A stretch of 33,850 bases of DNA from a virus (taxonomy: Duplodnaviria; Caudoviricetes), in the IMG/VR virus record IMGVR_UViG_3300047290_000102, positions 1 through 33,850 of that record; one strand, 5' to 3'. Both the position numbers and the translations under genes were made by a program. Numbering within the stretch: position 1 is the stretch's first letter; each line of letters begins with the position of its first letter. Shown here piece by piece: positions 16,442 through 25,364 of the stretch. The notes beneath the pieces are model-generated. The model did not search any database and had not been told where the DNA came from. It was given only the letters and a program-made list of their open reading frames with translations.

Positions 16442-16775
16442 AATAATCCTTGGCATCATTGCCAGTACCTTGGTGAGCTTTGGTGTGTATGTAAGCACTC
16501 AATGGGACACATCAGAAATGTTTGATGAAGACCCAACTTATTGGCGAACCAAAGCCAAGCCAAAGCACCCAATGATACTTTGGTGGATTCGTTGGTATGG
16601 ATCGTACTTGCCTTACCAACTTCGCAAACCCATCTACTTTTGTTTGCCTTGTATGGCATCCATTTGGAGCATCCCTTCTTTTATCTATTTAGATTTGCCA
16701 TTGGTTGCATATCCATTCTTTGCCTTGGCAGTATGTGGTTTGAATTCATTGGTAAGATATAATCTCAATACCTAA
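16434..16775 (+). CDS. Membrane protein with CxxC (DUF1360-like)
   Basis: Hydrophobic segments at both ends and FCLPCMASIW. Confidence 0.6.
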   Translation: MSEIILGIIASTLVSFGVYVSTQWDTSEMFDEDPTYWRTKAKPKHPMILWWIRWYGSYLPYQLRKPIYFCLPCMASIWSIPSFIYLDLPLVAYPFFALAVCGLNSLVRYNLNT

Positions 16776-16939
16776 TGAAATACGAAAGGGTAAATGGATT
16801 CCATTATGTCCAACGCAAAAACGATTGGTATGTTCTAATCGGAGGCAAGTGGTTCAAGTGTGCAAGACCAAGACAAGACTGCAAGACACCATTATTGATT
16901 GAAAATGATATTCCGAAAAAAGAAGACAAAGGAGGTTGA
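16775..16939 (+). CDS. Small hypothetical protein (54 aa, not in ORF track)
   Basis: MKYERVNGFHYV...KEDKGG*; TAATG coupling with the upstream stop. Confidence 0.5.
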   Translation: MKYERVNGFHYVQRKNDWYVLIGGKWFKCARPRQDCKTPLLIENDIPKKEDKGG

Positions 16940-17600
16940 TGACCTCAAGACCTTATGGCAAAAGCATAGGGAAGAATTCCTAAAGTTTTATGCTAATGAA
17001 GTTCCACAAGGTGAAAAGGTGACAATGGAGAAAGCCTTGGTGGATTTGGATGGCAAGGTGTATTACCGTTTTGTTGGAAGTTCAACCATTATGCCATTGG
17101 AAAGAATGGGCAAGATGCAAGACTTCTTGACAATGATGAGTGCCGGTTTGGATGGGAATGAACTGGAGGCTTTGATTGATATTGCCAACAATGAACTTGC
17201 AATGGCATTAGCCGGAAAGAAAGCCGATGTGCTAAAGATTGGGGCAGTACTGAACCAAATCAAAGAGAGGCAATCAATGATTCTGCACGACCAATTGATG
17301 TGGCAATTTATGGCAGTCCAATTGGTGAGGGAGGATGAACCGGCAAGTCAGTTTGTGCAAAAGATACACGATGAAAAAATTGAGGCACTTCAGTTGTTGT
17401 ACTATAAAAACGATGACTACTCTTTTTTTCAAAATCCCGAATTGAGGCTTCTAAACGACTTGTTGAGGTCTTCACAAGAAGACTTGCAAATGTTGTTAAT
17501 GAATTCAATTCGGGAGAGGGAAGTGTTAAAGAAGAAAATTTCATTGTTGCGTGGAGGGAGAGAGTTAGGCAAAGGCAAGAAGACCAACGCACCCATATAA
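16905..17600 (+). CDS. Probable tail assembly chaperone (gpG-like)
   Basis: Helical protein directly upstream of the tape measure gene, with an in-frame slippery heptamer T TTT TTT at 17423-17429. Confidence 0.7.
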   Translation: MIFRKKKTKEVDDLKTLWQKHREEFLKFYANEVPQGEKVTMEKALVDLDGKVYYRFVGSSTIMPLERMGKMQDFLTMMSAGLDGNELEALIDIANNELAMALAGKKADVLKIGAVLNQIKERQSMILHDQLMWQFMAVQLVREDEPASQFVQKIHDEKIEALQLLYYKNDDYSFFQNPELRLLNDLLRSSQEDLQMLLMNSIREREVLKKKISLLRGGRELGKGKKTNAPI

Positions 17601-17749
17601 TGATGCTTGTGGATGGGGACATTAACAACTACCATTCCATACTGAAGTCCGATTGTGAGACCTATCTAATTGCTTTGGCTACCTATGTGAAAAAGATTAA
17701 GGCAAGTCAACCCAAAAAAGATTCACCAATCAAATTCAAAAAGAGTTAA
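17423..17749 (+). CDS. -1 frameshift extension of the tail assembly chaperone (gpT-like)
   Basis: The -1 frame opens after TGA 17414-17416, just before the T7 run, and stays open to TAA 17747-17749. Confidence 0.7.
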   Translation, partial: FFSKSRIEASKRLVEVFTRRLANVVNEFNSGEGSVKEENFIVAWRERVRQRQEDQRTHIMMLVDGDINNYHSILKSDCETYLIALATYVKKIKASQPKKDSPIKFKKS

Positions 17750-17790
17750 ATTTGTGAATCTCTAATCTTTGGTGTCATAAGCATTGACAA

Positions 17791-17798
17791 TAAATTTG
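17791..17798 (+). promoter_or_regulatory. Bacteroidota -7 promoter box
   Basis: TAAATTTG ending 10 nt before the tape measure ATG, with TTTG at 17768-17771 upstream. Confidence 0.55.
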
Positions 17799-17808
17799 CT
17801 TTTAAGAT

Positions 17809-20800
17809 ATGGCTACCGAAGACATAATAATTAGATACAAGGCTGATGTCTCCCAATTGGAGAAAGACCTTGATGAACTTGTAAAGGCACAAAAAGATAT
17901 TGCTGATACTTCCAAGAAGGCAAGTGCTGAAGTTCAAAAGTCAGCAAATGCACAAGAGGTTGCAGTTCGTAAAAGAACTGAACTTCTTGAACTGGAGAAA
18001 AAGAAACTTGAGAATCTACGCAAACAACAAAAACTTGCCTTCACACCGGAAGACATTGACAAGTTCAATAAGGAGATTTCAGAAAGCACAAGAAGGATTG
18101 ACCTTTTAAGTGGCAAGGTTAAAGAGGTAGGCACAACTACTGATAAGGCTTTTCAGCAAATCAACAATACGGCACAAAGGATTGCCGGTGCATTTGGTTT
18201 GGCTTTTGGATTGGAGGCAGTCATTCAATTTGCGGATCGTTCAGTTGAAGCATTCATTGAGGCAGAGAGGTCAGCACAATTGTTGCAAGACACTATTGTG
18301 GGAATTGGTGGGCAGAGTCAACAAGCCTTTGATGTGTTGAACAACCAAGCAGAACTTTATGAATCGGTAACTAACCAAAGTGCTGAAGCAATTAAGTCAG
18401 CACAAATAACCTTGACCAACTTTGGTTTGTCAGCAAGTCAGATTGAGCAATTATTACCGGCATTGTTGGGTCTTGCCAAAAAGACTGGGGATAGTATTGA
18501 TGGCATTGCACAAAAAGTTGGTAATGCTCTTGAGGGAAGTGGTAAGCAATTCAAGAACCTTGGTGCGAACATTGATGCCAACAAGACCCCATTGGAAAAC
18601 TACAATGAACTTGTCAGAGCATTAAGTAAGTTCCAACAAGATGCCACATTGGATGCAACCAAATTGGCTGATGCCTTGCAATTACAAAGGAATCGTGCTG
18701 ATGAACTTCAAGAAACGGTTGGTGGCAAACTGGCTGAAAGTTGGATAAGTGTGAAGGGGGCAGTCTTGGACTATGTTGCCTCATTATCCGGTATTACAAC
18801 AACTGAAAAAGAAGTTGGGGCAAAGGCATTGGCTAATGCACAACAAAGAGTTCAGACCAATGTGGATGCATTGAAACAACAAGGCAAGTCAACTGCCGAT
18901 ATCATTGGTGAATTGAATGTTGAAATATTCACGGCAGAAAGAAACATTGGAGGTTTGCAACAACAACTAAAAGACAACCAAGAACAATTCAATGGTTTCT
19001 TTTCTACTGCCGCAAAGGTGGTCAATCCTTTCTATGCTGAAAGCACGAGACTTGCTCTTGAGTCATCAGCACAAGCCGTTGCAGTTGCACAAGCCAACAT
19101 TGATGCAACCAAAAGCCAAGTGTTAGCACTTCAACAACAAGAAGACCAAGAAAAAAGAATTATTAAGGAGACTGACCTTAAAGGATTCAAGATTGAAAAA
19201 CTCAATGAGTTGCTTTTGGAAAATCAAAAGGTGAATGACCTTGCCGGTCAAACCAATGTGCAAAACATCCAAAAGGAAATTGACTTGAGGGATAAGGCAC
19301 AAAAGAAATTGGAAGCATTGATTGAGGCAAGAAAGAAATTGTTTGAGCAACTTACTGGGGAATTGCAAAGCATCCAAAGGGAGAGTGAGCTTTATCAAAT
19401 CAATTTGATTGAGCCAAAATCCTTTGCAGAAGCAGTAGATAAGATTGAACAAATAAGAGAGGTCAATAAGAAATATATTGATGAGGATATCAATTTAAAG
19501 ATTGCACAAGCCAAGGCACAAGGATTATTGACCAAGGATGTTGCTGACCTCTTTGAAAAGATTAGACAAGGCAGAAAGGATTTGATTGACCAAAAAGCCG
19601 GTAAGGAAGTTTTGAGTCTTGAAGAAACCACGATTCAGAAACTGGCAGAACTGAAGCAGAAGGCACAAGACCTAATTACTCAAACCAATCTTGGTGACTT
19701 GCAAAAGATAGTCAAGAAAAGTGGTGACGCATTTGAGAAAGCCATTGTGGATGTGGAAGCAAAGATTGGAACTGCACAACAAAAGGAGGCTGAAGATAAC
19801 CTTGCAAAGAGGTTGGTGCTTTATCAAAAGTCCATAATCAGCCAAAGGGATGCAGACATTCAAGCAGTAAAGGATAGAGCAACAAGGGAGGCTGGTTCGG
19901 TTAAGGCAAGTGCAACGGCAGAGCAAGAAAGAAAATTGATTTTTGCCAATGCCAACAAAGAGATTAAGGCATTAACTGATAAGGCACAAGAAGAACTTGA
20001 CCAAGCCAATCAGTCTTATGATGAGACTACTGATAAACTTTCACAAGGAGTTGTTGACTTTGTTACTGCCAATGCTCAAGCCTTCCAGTTGGTGGGTGAG
20101 TTGCTTGGTGAGTTGTCCAATATCTATGACCAATTTGCAGAGAAAAGGATTCAGCAAATTGAAGAAACAAAGAACGCAGAAATCTCTGCCATTGATGAGC
20201 AAATTGCAAAAGACCAAGAAGCACTTGAGTTAAGGAGAATAAGTGAAGAAGAAGCCTTTCAAAGGAAACAATCCTTGGAGGCACAAAAGGTGAAGTTGGA
20301 AGAAGAAAGTGCCAAGAAGGTTAGGGAGATTAAGAAAAGACAAGCAACACTTGACAAGGCAAATGCTTTGTTTCAAATTGCTCTGAACACTTTCCAAGCC
20401 TTGGCTGATGTGAAGAACTTGACAACTGCGGGTGCATTGACTCCATTGATTATTGCTTTAGCCGGAATTCAAGCCGCTGCCGTATTAGCTCAACCGATAC
20501 CATATCGTAAAGGTTCAAAAGATACTGGGGCAAGTGGTCATATGGCAAGAGTGGGTGAAGAAGGTGAAGAAATTGTGTATATGCCAAGCCATTCAAAGGT
20601 CTTACCGGCAAGGCAAACAAAGGAATATGGTAACTTGCTTGATGCAATGTTTGACAACAAATTGAATTCATATGTTGCCAAGACTTATGTGACTCCGGCA
20701 CTTCAAAGGCAGAAGGCAATCTTTGAAAATGAAAAGCAAGAATCCTTTGCCAACAACATCAGCAAATCCATTTACTTCAATGGTGGCTTGAATGCAAACG

Positions 20801-20904
20801 ATTTGGAAAAAGTGAGAAAGAAGGGACAAGCCATTACCAATGTTGATGAACTTGCCAAAGCAATAGTAAAGAACTTACCAACTTACGATCCATATAGGAG
20901 ATAA
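17809..20904 (+). CDS. Tail tape measure protein
   Basis: 1031 aa, A/Q/E/K-rich helical sequence with hydrophobic patches; C-terminal YRKG...ARVGEEGEEIV motif. Confidence 0.88.
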   Translation: MATEDIIIRYKADVSQLEKDLDELVKAQKDIADTSKKASAEVQKSANAQEVAVRKRTELLELEKKKLENLRKQQKLAFTPEDIDKFNKEISESTRRIDLLSGKVKEVGTTTDKAFQQINNTAQRIAGAFGLAFGLEAVIQFADRSVEAFIEAERSAQLLQDTIVGIGGQSQQAFDVLNNQAELYESVTNQSAEAIKSAQITLTNFGLSASQIEQLLPALLGLAKKTGDSIDGIAQKVGNALEGSGKQFKNLGANIDANKTPLENYNELVRALSKFQQDATLDATKLADALQLQRNRADELQETVGGKLAESWISVKGAVLDYVASLSGITTTEKEVGAKALANAQQRVQTNVDALKQQGKSTADIIGELNVEIFTAERNIGGLQQQLKDNQEQFNGFFSTAAKVVNPFYAESTRLALESSAQAVAVAQANIDATKSQVLALQQQEDQEKRIIKETDLKGFKIEKLNELLLENQKVNDLAGQTNVQNIQKEIDLRDKAQKKLEALIEARKKLFEQLTGELQSIQRESELYQINLIEPKSFAEAVDKIEQIREVNKKYIDEDINLKIAQAKAQGLLTKDVADLFEKIRQGRKDLIDQKAGKEVLSLEETTIQKLAELKQKAQDLITQTNLGDLQKIVKKSGDAFEKAIVDVEAKIGTAQQKEAEDNLAKRLVLYQKSIISQRDADIQAVKDRATREAGSVKASATAEQERKLIFANANKEIKALTDKAQEELDQANQSYDETTDKLSQGVVDFVTANAQAFQLVGELLGELSNIYDQFAEKRIQQIEETKNAEISAIDEQIAKDQEALELRRISEEEAFQRKQSLEAQKVKLEEESAKKVREIKKRQATLDKANALFQIALNTFQALADVKNLTTAGALTPLIIALAGIQAAAVLAQPIPYRKGSKDTGASGHMARVGEEGEEIVYMPSHSKVLPARQTKEYGNLLDAMFDNKLNSYVAKTYVTPALQRQKAIFENEKQESFANNISKSIYFNGGLNANDLEKVRKKGQAITNVDELAKAIVKNLPTYDPYRR

Positions 20905-20907
20905 CCA

Positions 20908-23007
20908 ATGGCATTCATTGTAACAAATAGTAGTGAGTTAACCATTAACATCAATGATGGATGGAAAGACCTTGACATTCCCAAGTTTCGCATTTATATG
21001 CAAGTGGCTGAACCAAACATTACCATTTGGTGGGCAGACAATGAAAAGGGAAAGCAAGGGATAACAAGGAATCTTGTAATGGATTACAATGATGTGTTGT
21101 TTGGTGCATATGCTCCAAGTAGTGCAACTGAAATCCAATCCATAATTAATGGTTACATCATAAGTGCTTGGACTGACATATGGTCAAACTTCGCAAATTA
21201 TGTTCCATACATAGGAGCGACAACCAATGTAGACCTTGGCACATTTGGTTTGTCTACTGATTATGTTGCTTGGGATTTAAACCCAGTAGCAAGTCCCGGT
21301 GCGGGTCAAATTGCTTATGATGGGCAGACTGGTAGTCTTTCCTATTTGCTGAATAATTCAAATGTGGTAAGCAACATTGGTCAGACACTTCACGCATATG
21401 TTCATAATGCAGAAGGCTCACCATTGACAAAAGGTCAAGTTGTTTATTTGTATCAAGCAAGTGGCAACAAAGCAAGTGTGAAACTTGCAAGGAACTTGAG
21501 TGATTCAACAAGTGCCAAGACCTTGGGTATTTGTGCTGAAAATATTGCAACCAATAAGAGTGGGATGGTGATTTGTCAAGGCAAGATTACTGGATTAAAT
21601 ACAAGTGCTTTTGCTGATGGTGATACCGTTTACTTGGCAAACACTTTTGGTAATATGACCAATGTGAAGCCTTATGCTCCGGAGCATTTGGTTTATGTGG
21701 GTGTGGTTGAAAAGTCAAGTGTTGGCAATGGTGAGATATATGTAAGACCTCAAAATGGTTATGAGTTGAATGAGATTCACGATGTGGATTTAATCACCAC
21801 ACCACCATCTACTGGGGATGTATTGACATATAATGGATCGTTATGGGTTAATCAAGCTCCAACAAGTGGAAGTGGAACGGTAACATCCATTGCAACTTCA
21901 TCACCAATCACCGGAGGTACTATCACAACAAGTGGCACTATTGGAATTAATAATGCCAAAGCTGATGGCACAACTAAAGGGGCAGCGACCTTTGAAACAA
22001 ATGACTTTGATGACAATGGTAGTGGACTCATCAAATTGGATTACAACAATGGTCAGTCAGCAAGTTCATCAACAAAAGGATTTCTGACTTCAACTGATTG
22101 GTCAACCTTTAATGCCAAAGAACCGGCATTGACCAAAGGCAATTTGACTGAAGCCACAAGTTCAGTATTGACAATTAGTGGTGGCACAAGTTCAGTCATT
22201 GGAAGTGGCACAAGCATTCAAGTCAAACAAGCAAGTGCTTTACAAAGTGGTTATTTGTCTTCAACTGATTGGACTACCTTCAACAACAAAGGGAGTGGCA
22301 CGGTTACAAGTATTGCCACAAGCTCACCAATTACTGGAGGCACAATAACCGGAAGTGGAACAATAGGCATTCAAGATGCCGTTGCCGATGGCACTACCAA
22401 AGGAGCATCCACATTTACTGCAAGTGATTTTAATTCTTCAAGTGGAGTGATTAGCATTGACTATACCAATGGTCAAACTGCAAATGGTTCAACAAAGGGA
22501 TTCTTGACAAGTGCAGATTGGACAACATTCAATTCCAAACAAGCGACTCTTGTAAGTGGCACAAACATCAAGACCGTTAATGGTGTGTCAATCCTTGGAA
22601 GTGGTGACCTTGACACCGGATATACATTGTCAGTTCAAGCCTTGACTTCTTCTCCAGTAGATGCACAAACAATATATTTTGGAAATCTACCAAAAGCACC
22701 AGTAACAACGGCAAACATTTCAAAAGTATATATACCAAGGGATGGAGTGATAAAGAGGGCAGAGATATATTGCTATAGTGGTACTGCCGGAACAAATGAA
22801 AGTTGGAGTGGTTATATTCGTTTGAACAATACTACTGACACATTGATTGCAACACTTGGAGTGGCAACTTCAGAAAGAAGGTTTTCAAATACATCATTGG
22901 CAATATCAGTTGTTGCCGGTGATTACATAGAGATTAAATTCATCAATCCAACTTGGGCAACTAATCCTTTAACAACCATCTTTGGTGGTTACATTTACAT
23001 TGAATAA
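20908..23007 (+). CDS. Tail fibre / virion appendage protein with Ser/Thr/Gly-rich repeats
   Basis: Two roughly 83-aa repeats (GTVTSIATSSPITGGTIT...GFLTSxDWxTFNxK), GDVLTYNGSLWVN, LVSGTNIKTVNGVSILGSG. Confidence 0.75.
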   Translation: MAFIVTNSSELTININDGWKDLDIPKFRIYMQVAEPNITIWWADNEKGKQGITRNLVMDYNDVLFGAYAPSSATEIQSIINGYIISAWTDIWSNFANYVPYIGATTNVDLGTFGLSTDYVAWDLNPVASPGAGQIAYDGQTGSLSYLLNNSNVVSNIGQTLHAYVHNAEGSPLTKGQVVYLYQASGNKASVKLARNLSDSTSAKTLGICAENIATNKSGMVICQGKITGLNTSAFADGDTVYLANTFGNMTNVKPYAPEHLVYVGVVEKSSVGNGEIYVRPQNGYELNEIHDVDLITTPPSTGDVLTYNGSLWVNQAPTSGSGTVTSIATSSPITGGTITTSGTIGINNAKADGTTKGAATFETNDFDDNGSGLIKLDYNNGQSASSSTKGFLTSTDWSTFNAKEPALTKGNLTEATSSVLTISGGTSSVIGSGTSIQVKQASALQSGYLSSTDWTTFNNKGSGTVTSIATSSPITGGTITGSGTIGIQDAVADGTTKGASTFTASDFNSSSGVISIDYTNGQTANGSTKGFLTSADWTTFNSKQATLVSGTNIKTVNGVSILGSGDLDTGYTLSVQALTSSPVDAQTIYFGNLPKAPVTTANISKVYIPRDGVIKRAEIYCYSGTAGTNESWSGYIRLNNTTDTLIATLGVATSERRFSNTSLAISVVAGDYIEIKFINPTWATNPLTTIFGGYIYIE

Positions 23008-23010
23008 GAT

Positions 23011-23310
23011 ATGAACTTACAAGCGAATCAAAGGGAGATAGTATCATTTGACATATGGAAAGAGGGAGTCTTTCACCCAGTCAATGTCTTAAAACTTGCC
23101 GTCTATAGTGGTTATGATTTCATTGCCTCACCCGGTCAAGTGCATTATGATTTGATACACCACGAAGTGGATGTTGATGGTAGCATCTATGAAGAAATAG
23201 TTGCTCACGGTTATGTGCCATTGACCTTTCAAATTGTTTCAACTTGGGGTGTGGATGACCAACCAATTTTTGATTATGTCGCACAAGAGTTATCAATCAC
23301 ATTAGTCTGA
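23011..23310 (+). CDS. Small acidic protein, possible fibre accessory
   Basis: Follows the fibre gene; WGVDD...YVAQEL ending. Confidence 0.6.
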   Translation: MNLQANQREIVSFDIWKEGVFHPVNVLKLAVYSGYDFIASPGQVHYDLIHHEVDVDGSIYEEIVAHGYVPLTFQIVSTWGVDDQPIFDYVAQELSITLV

Positions 23311-25364
23311 TGGCTTTCAAATTCTACCTTGATGGTCAATTGACCGACACACCTATTTCTGACAAGGAACTTACTTCTTCCATCAAAAGGGATAGGACTA
23401 CCAAGATTCTTTCAATCACACAAGATGCAGAGATAACTTACAATGGCAATAACGATCTTGAGCCAAACACGATTAGTGGCTTTGCATATTTGAAGAATCT
23501 TTTTGAAACACAAATCTGCAATGAGGTTGAAGTAGTAATTACTGATGAGGTTAGCGATGTCTTGACTTATCAAGTTTATGTGGGCATCATTAAGATTCCT
23601 TCCATAAGGATAGATTATCAAGAGCAAATCCTTTACACCAAGGTTCAAGATAGAGGCTTTTACTCATACATCAACAACAATAAAAGTGTCATTGTGGATT
23701 TGGCTGAAACATTCACCAAGTCAAACCTTCCACTTGACCCAATTGACTGGTATAGTGTTGACCTTTATAGGCAAGATACTTGCACATATGGTGGTGCAAA
23801 TAACTACTACTTCAAAGGCTTTAAGATAACTGATGTCTTTGCGTTTGTTATTGATTACATAACTGACAAGAAACTTACTTTTCAATCCGACTTCTTGGAT
23901 GCTTTGCCACAACCACCTTTCTTGTTTAGTGGACAAGCATTGGCAAACTCCTATACCATTTATCCAAATGCTCAAGAGCCGGTCATTAAAATAACCTTCT
24001 CAAAGTTGTTTGATGAACTTTCCAAGATTTACAACTTGGTCTTGTACATTGATGCAACTGATATGGACAATCCAGTTGTAAGAATTGAGGATGCACAAAG
24101 CACTTATGAGCAAAGCATAGGTTATCAGTTTGATGACATTAAGGAGTTAAGCACATCAATGGACATAACAAGTTTGTATGCTATTGTAAATGTTGGAAGC
24201 AATAACTTCATTGGAACTGACACACCAAACAATCAAGTGCCATTCCCTACGGATCGTGCTTACTTTGGTTGGAGGGCAGAAACCTACTACCCACTTGGGC
24301 AATGCAATGTTGAGACAACTCTTGACCTTGTGAATGATTGGATTATTGACACAAATGTTTTATGGCAAAGCATCAATGCCAATTCAACAACCTACTTTGA
24401 TGACATCTTTTTGATTCAATGCAGTAATATTGATGACTACAACAAGACTGCCGATGGGCATCAATTTGAATTCTTTGGTGATGGCACTTGCACTTACAAC
24501 CAAGGATTGAATAACTTCAACAAACTACAAAGGTTTTCAGAAGAATTTGAAAGTGCTTTTGGTACTGGATTTCAAAGTTTCACCGATGGTTTTAGAGCAT
24601 CCCTTTCCAACAACATAATCCTTGAGGCAAATCCATCATTGCCATTGGGAGGGATATTCCTACCAAGTGCCAGTTCACCACCTTTGCCAAATATAACATT
24701 TGAACCATTTGTTTTTGGTGATGTTACAAGCGGCATCAATTATAATAATGGAGGCAATTATAATCCATCTACCGGAGTTTACACCATACCAACAAATGGT
24801 CTTTACTCCTTCAACTTCACAATGGATTATTTCATTCAAGGAGTATTCAGTTCCTTTTACACAAATTACTTTTTCATCACAATGGGATTCAGACATTATG
24901 ATTCAACCAATGTCTTGAAGTTTCAAAGTGGTCAAACCTTTACCTATGGGGCAGTACCACCAATTGGAGTGAATCAACAAAGCAATGTGGATGTGGTTAT
25001 TGATGCCGTTGCCGGTGATTATATACAAGTTATTTTATCAGTTGCTTATGATAGTAACCTACCATTCTTCAATACTGAAGGAGTCTTTATCAGACAAAAT
25101 AGTTTCTTTGAATGCACTGGAACACCAAGTGGAGGCTTGACTCCTACAACTGGAACAAGGCAAACCAAGAAATACTTTTTTGAATTCAACTATGAAATCC
25201 CCGAATCCGATTGGTTAAATTTGACGAAGAACATTACCAAGACAATCCAATTTGAAAAGGATGGAATCATTCGTTATGGATGGATTGAGAACATCAAAAG
25301 AAATGATTGGACTGGAATAGCAAACATTAAACTCATAACATCCAATGCCACTTATACACAATAA
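23310..25364 (+). CDS. Tail-tip structural protein with a C1q-like domain
   Basis: 684 aa, beta-rich; NYNPSTGVYTIPTNGLYSFNF...AGDYIQV is a C1q/TNF-like signature. Confidence 0.65.
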   Translation: MAFKFYLDGQLTDTPISDKELTSSIKRDRTTKILSITQDAEITYNGNNDLEPNTISGFAYLKNLFETQICNEVEVVITDEVSDVLTYQVYVGIIKIPSIRIDYQEQILYTKVQDRGFYSYINNNKSVIVDLAETFTKSNLPLDPIDWYSVDLYRQDTCTYGGANNYYFKGFKITDVFAFVIDYITDKKLTFQSDFLDALPQPPFLFSGQALANSYTIYPNAQEPVIKITFSKLFDELSKIYNLVLYIDATDMDNPVVRIEDAQSTYEQSIGYQFDDIKELSTSMDITSLYAIVNVGSNNFIGTDTPNNQVPFPTDRAYFGWRAETYYPLGQCNVETTLDLVNDWIIDTNVLWQSINANSTTYFDDIFLIQCSNIDDYNKTADGHQFEFFGDGTCTYNQGLNNFNKLQRFSEEFESAFGTGFQSFTDGFRASLSNNIILEANPSLPLGGIFLPSASSPPLPNITFEPFVFGDVTSGINYNNGGNYNPSTGVYTIPTNGLYSFNFTMDYFIQGVFSSFYTNYFFITMGFRHYDSTNVLKFQSGQTFTYGAVPPIGVNQQSNVDVVIDAVAGDYIQVILSVAYDSNLPFFNTEGVFIRQNSFFECTGTPSGGLTPTTGTRQTKKYFFEFNYEIPESDWLNLTKNITKTIQFEKDGIIRYGWIENIKRNDWTGIANIKLITSNATYTQ

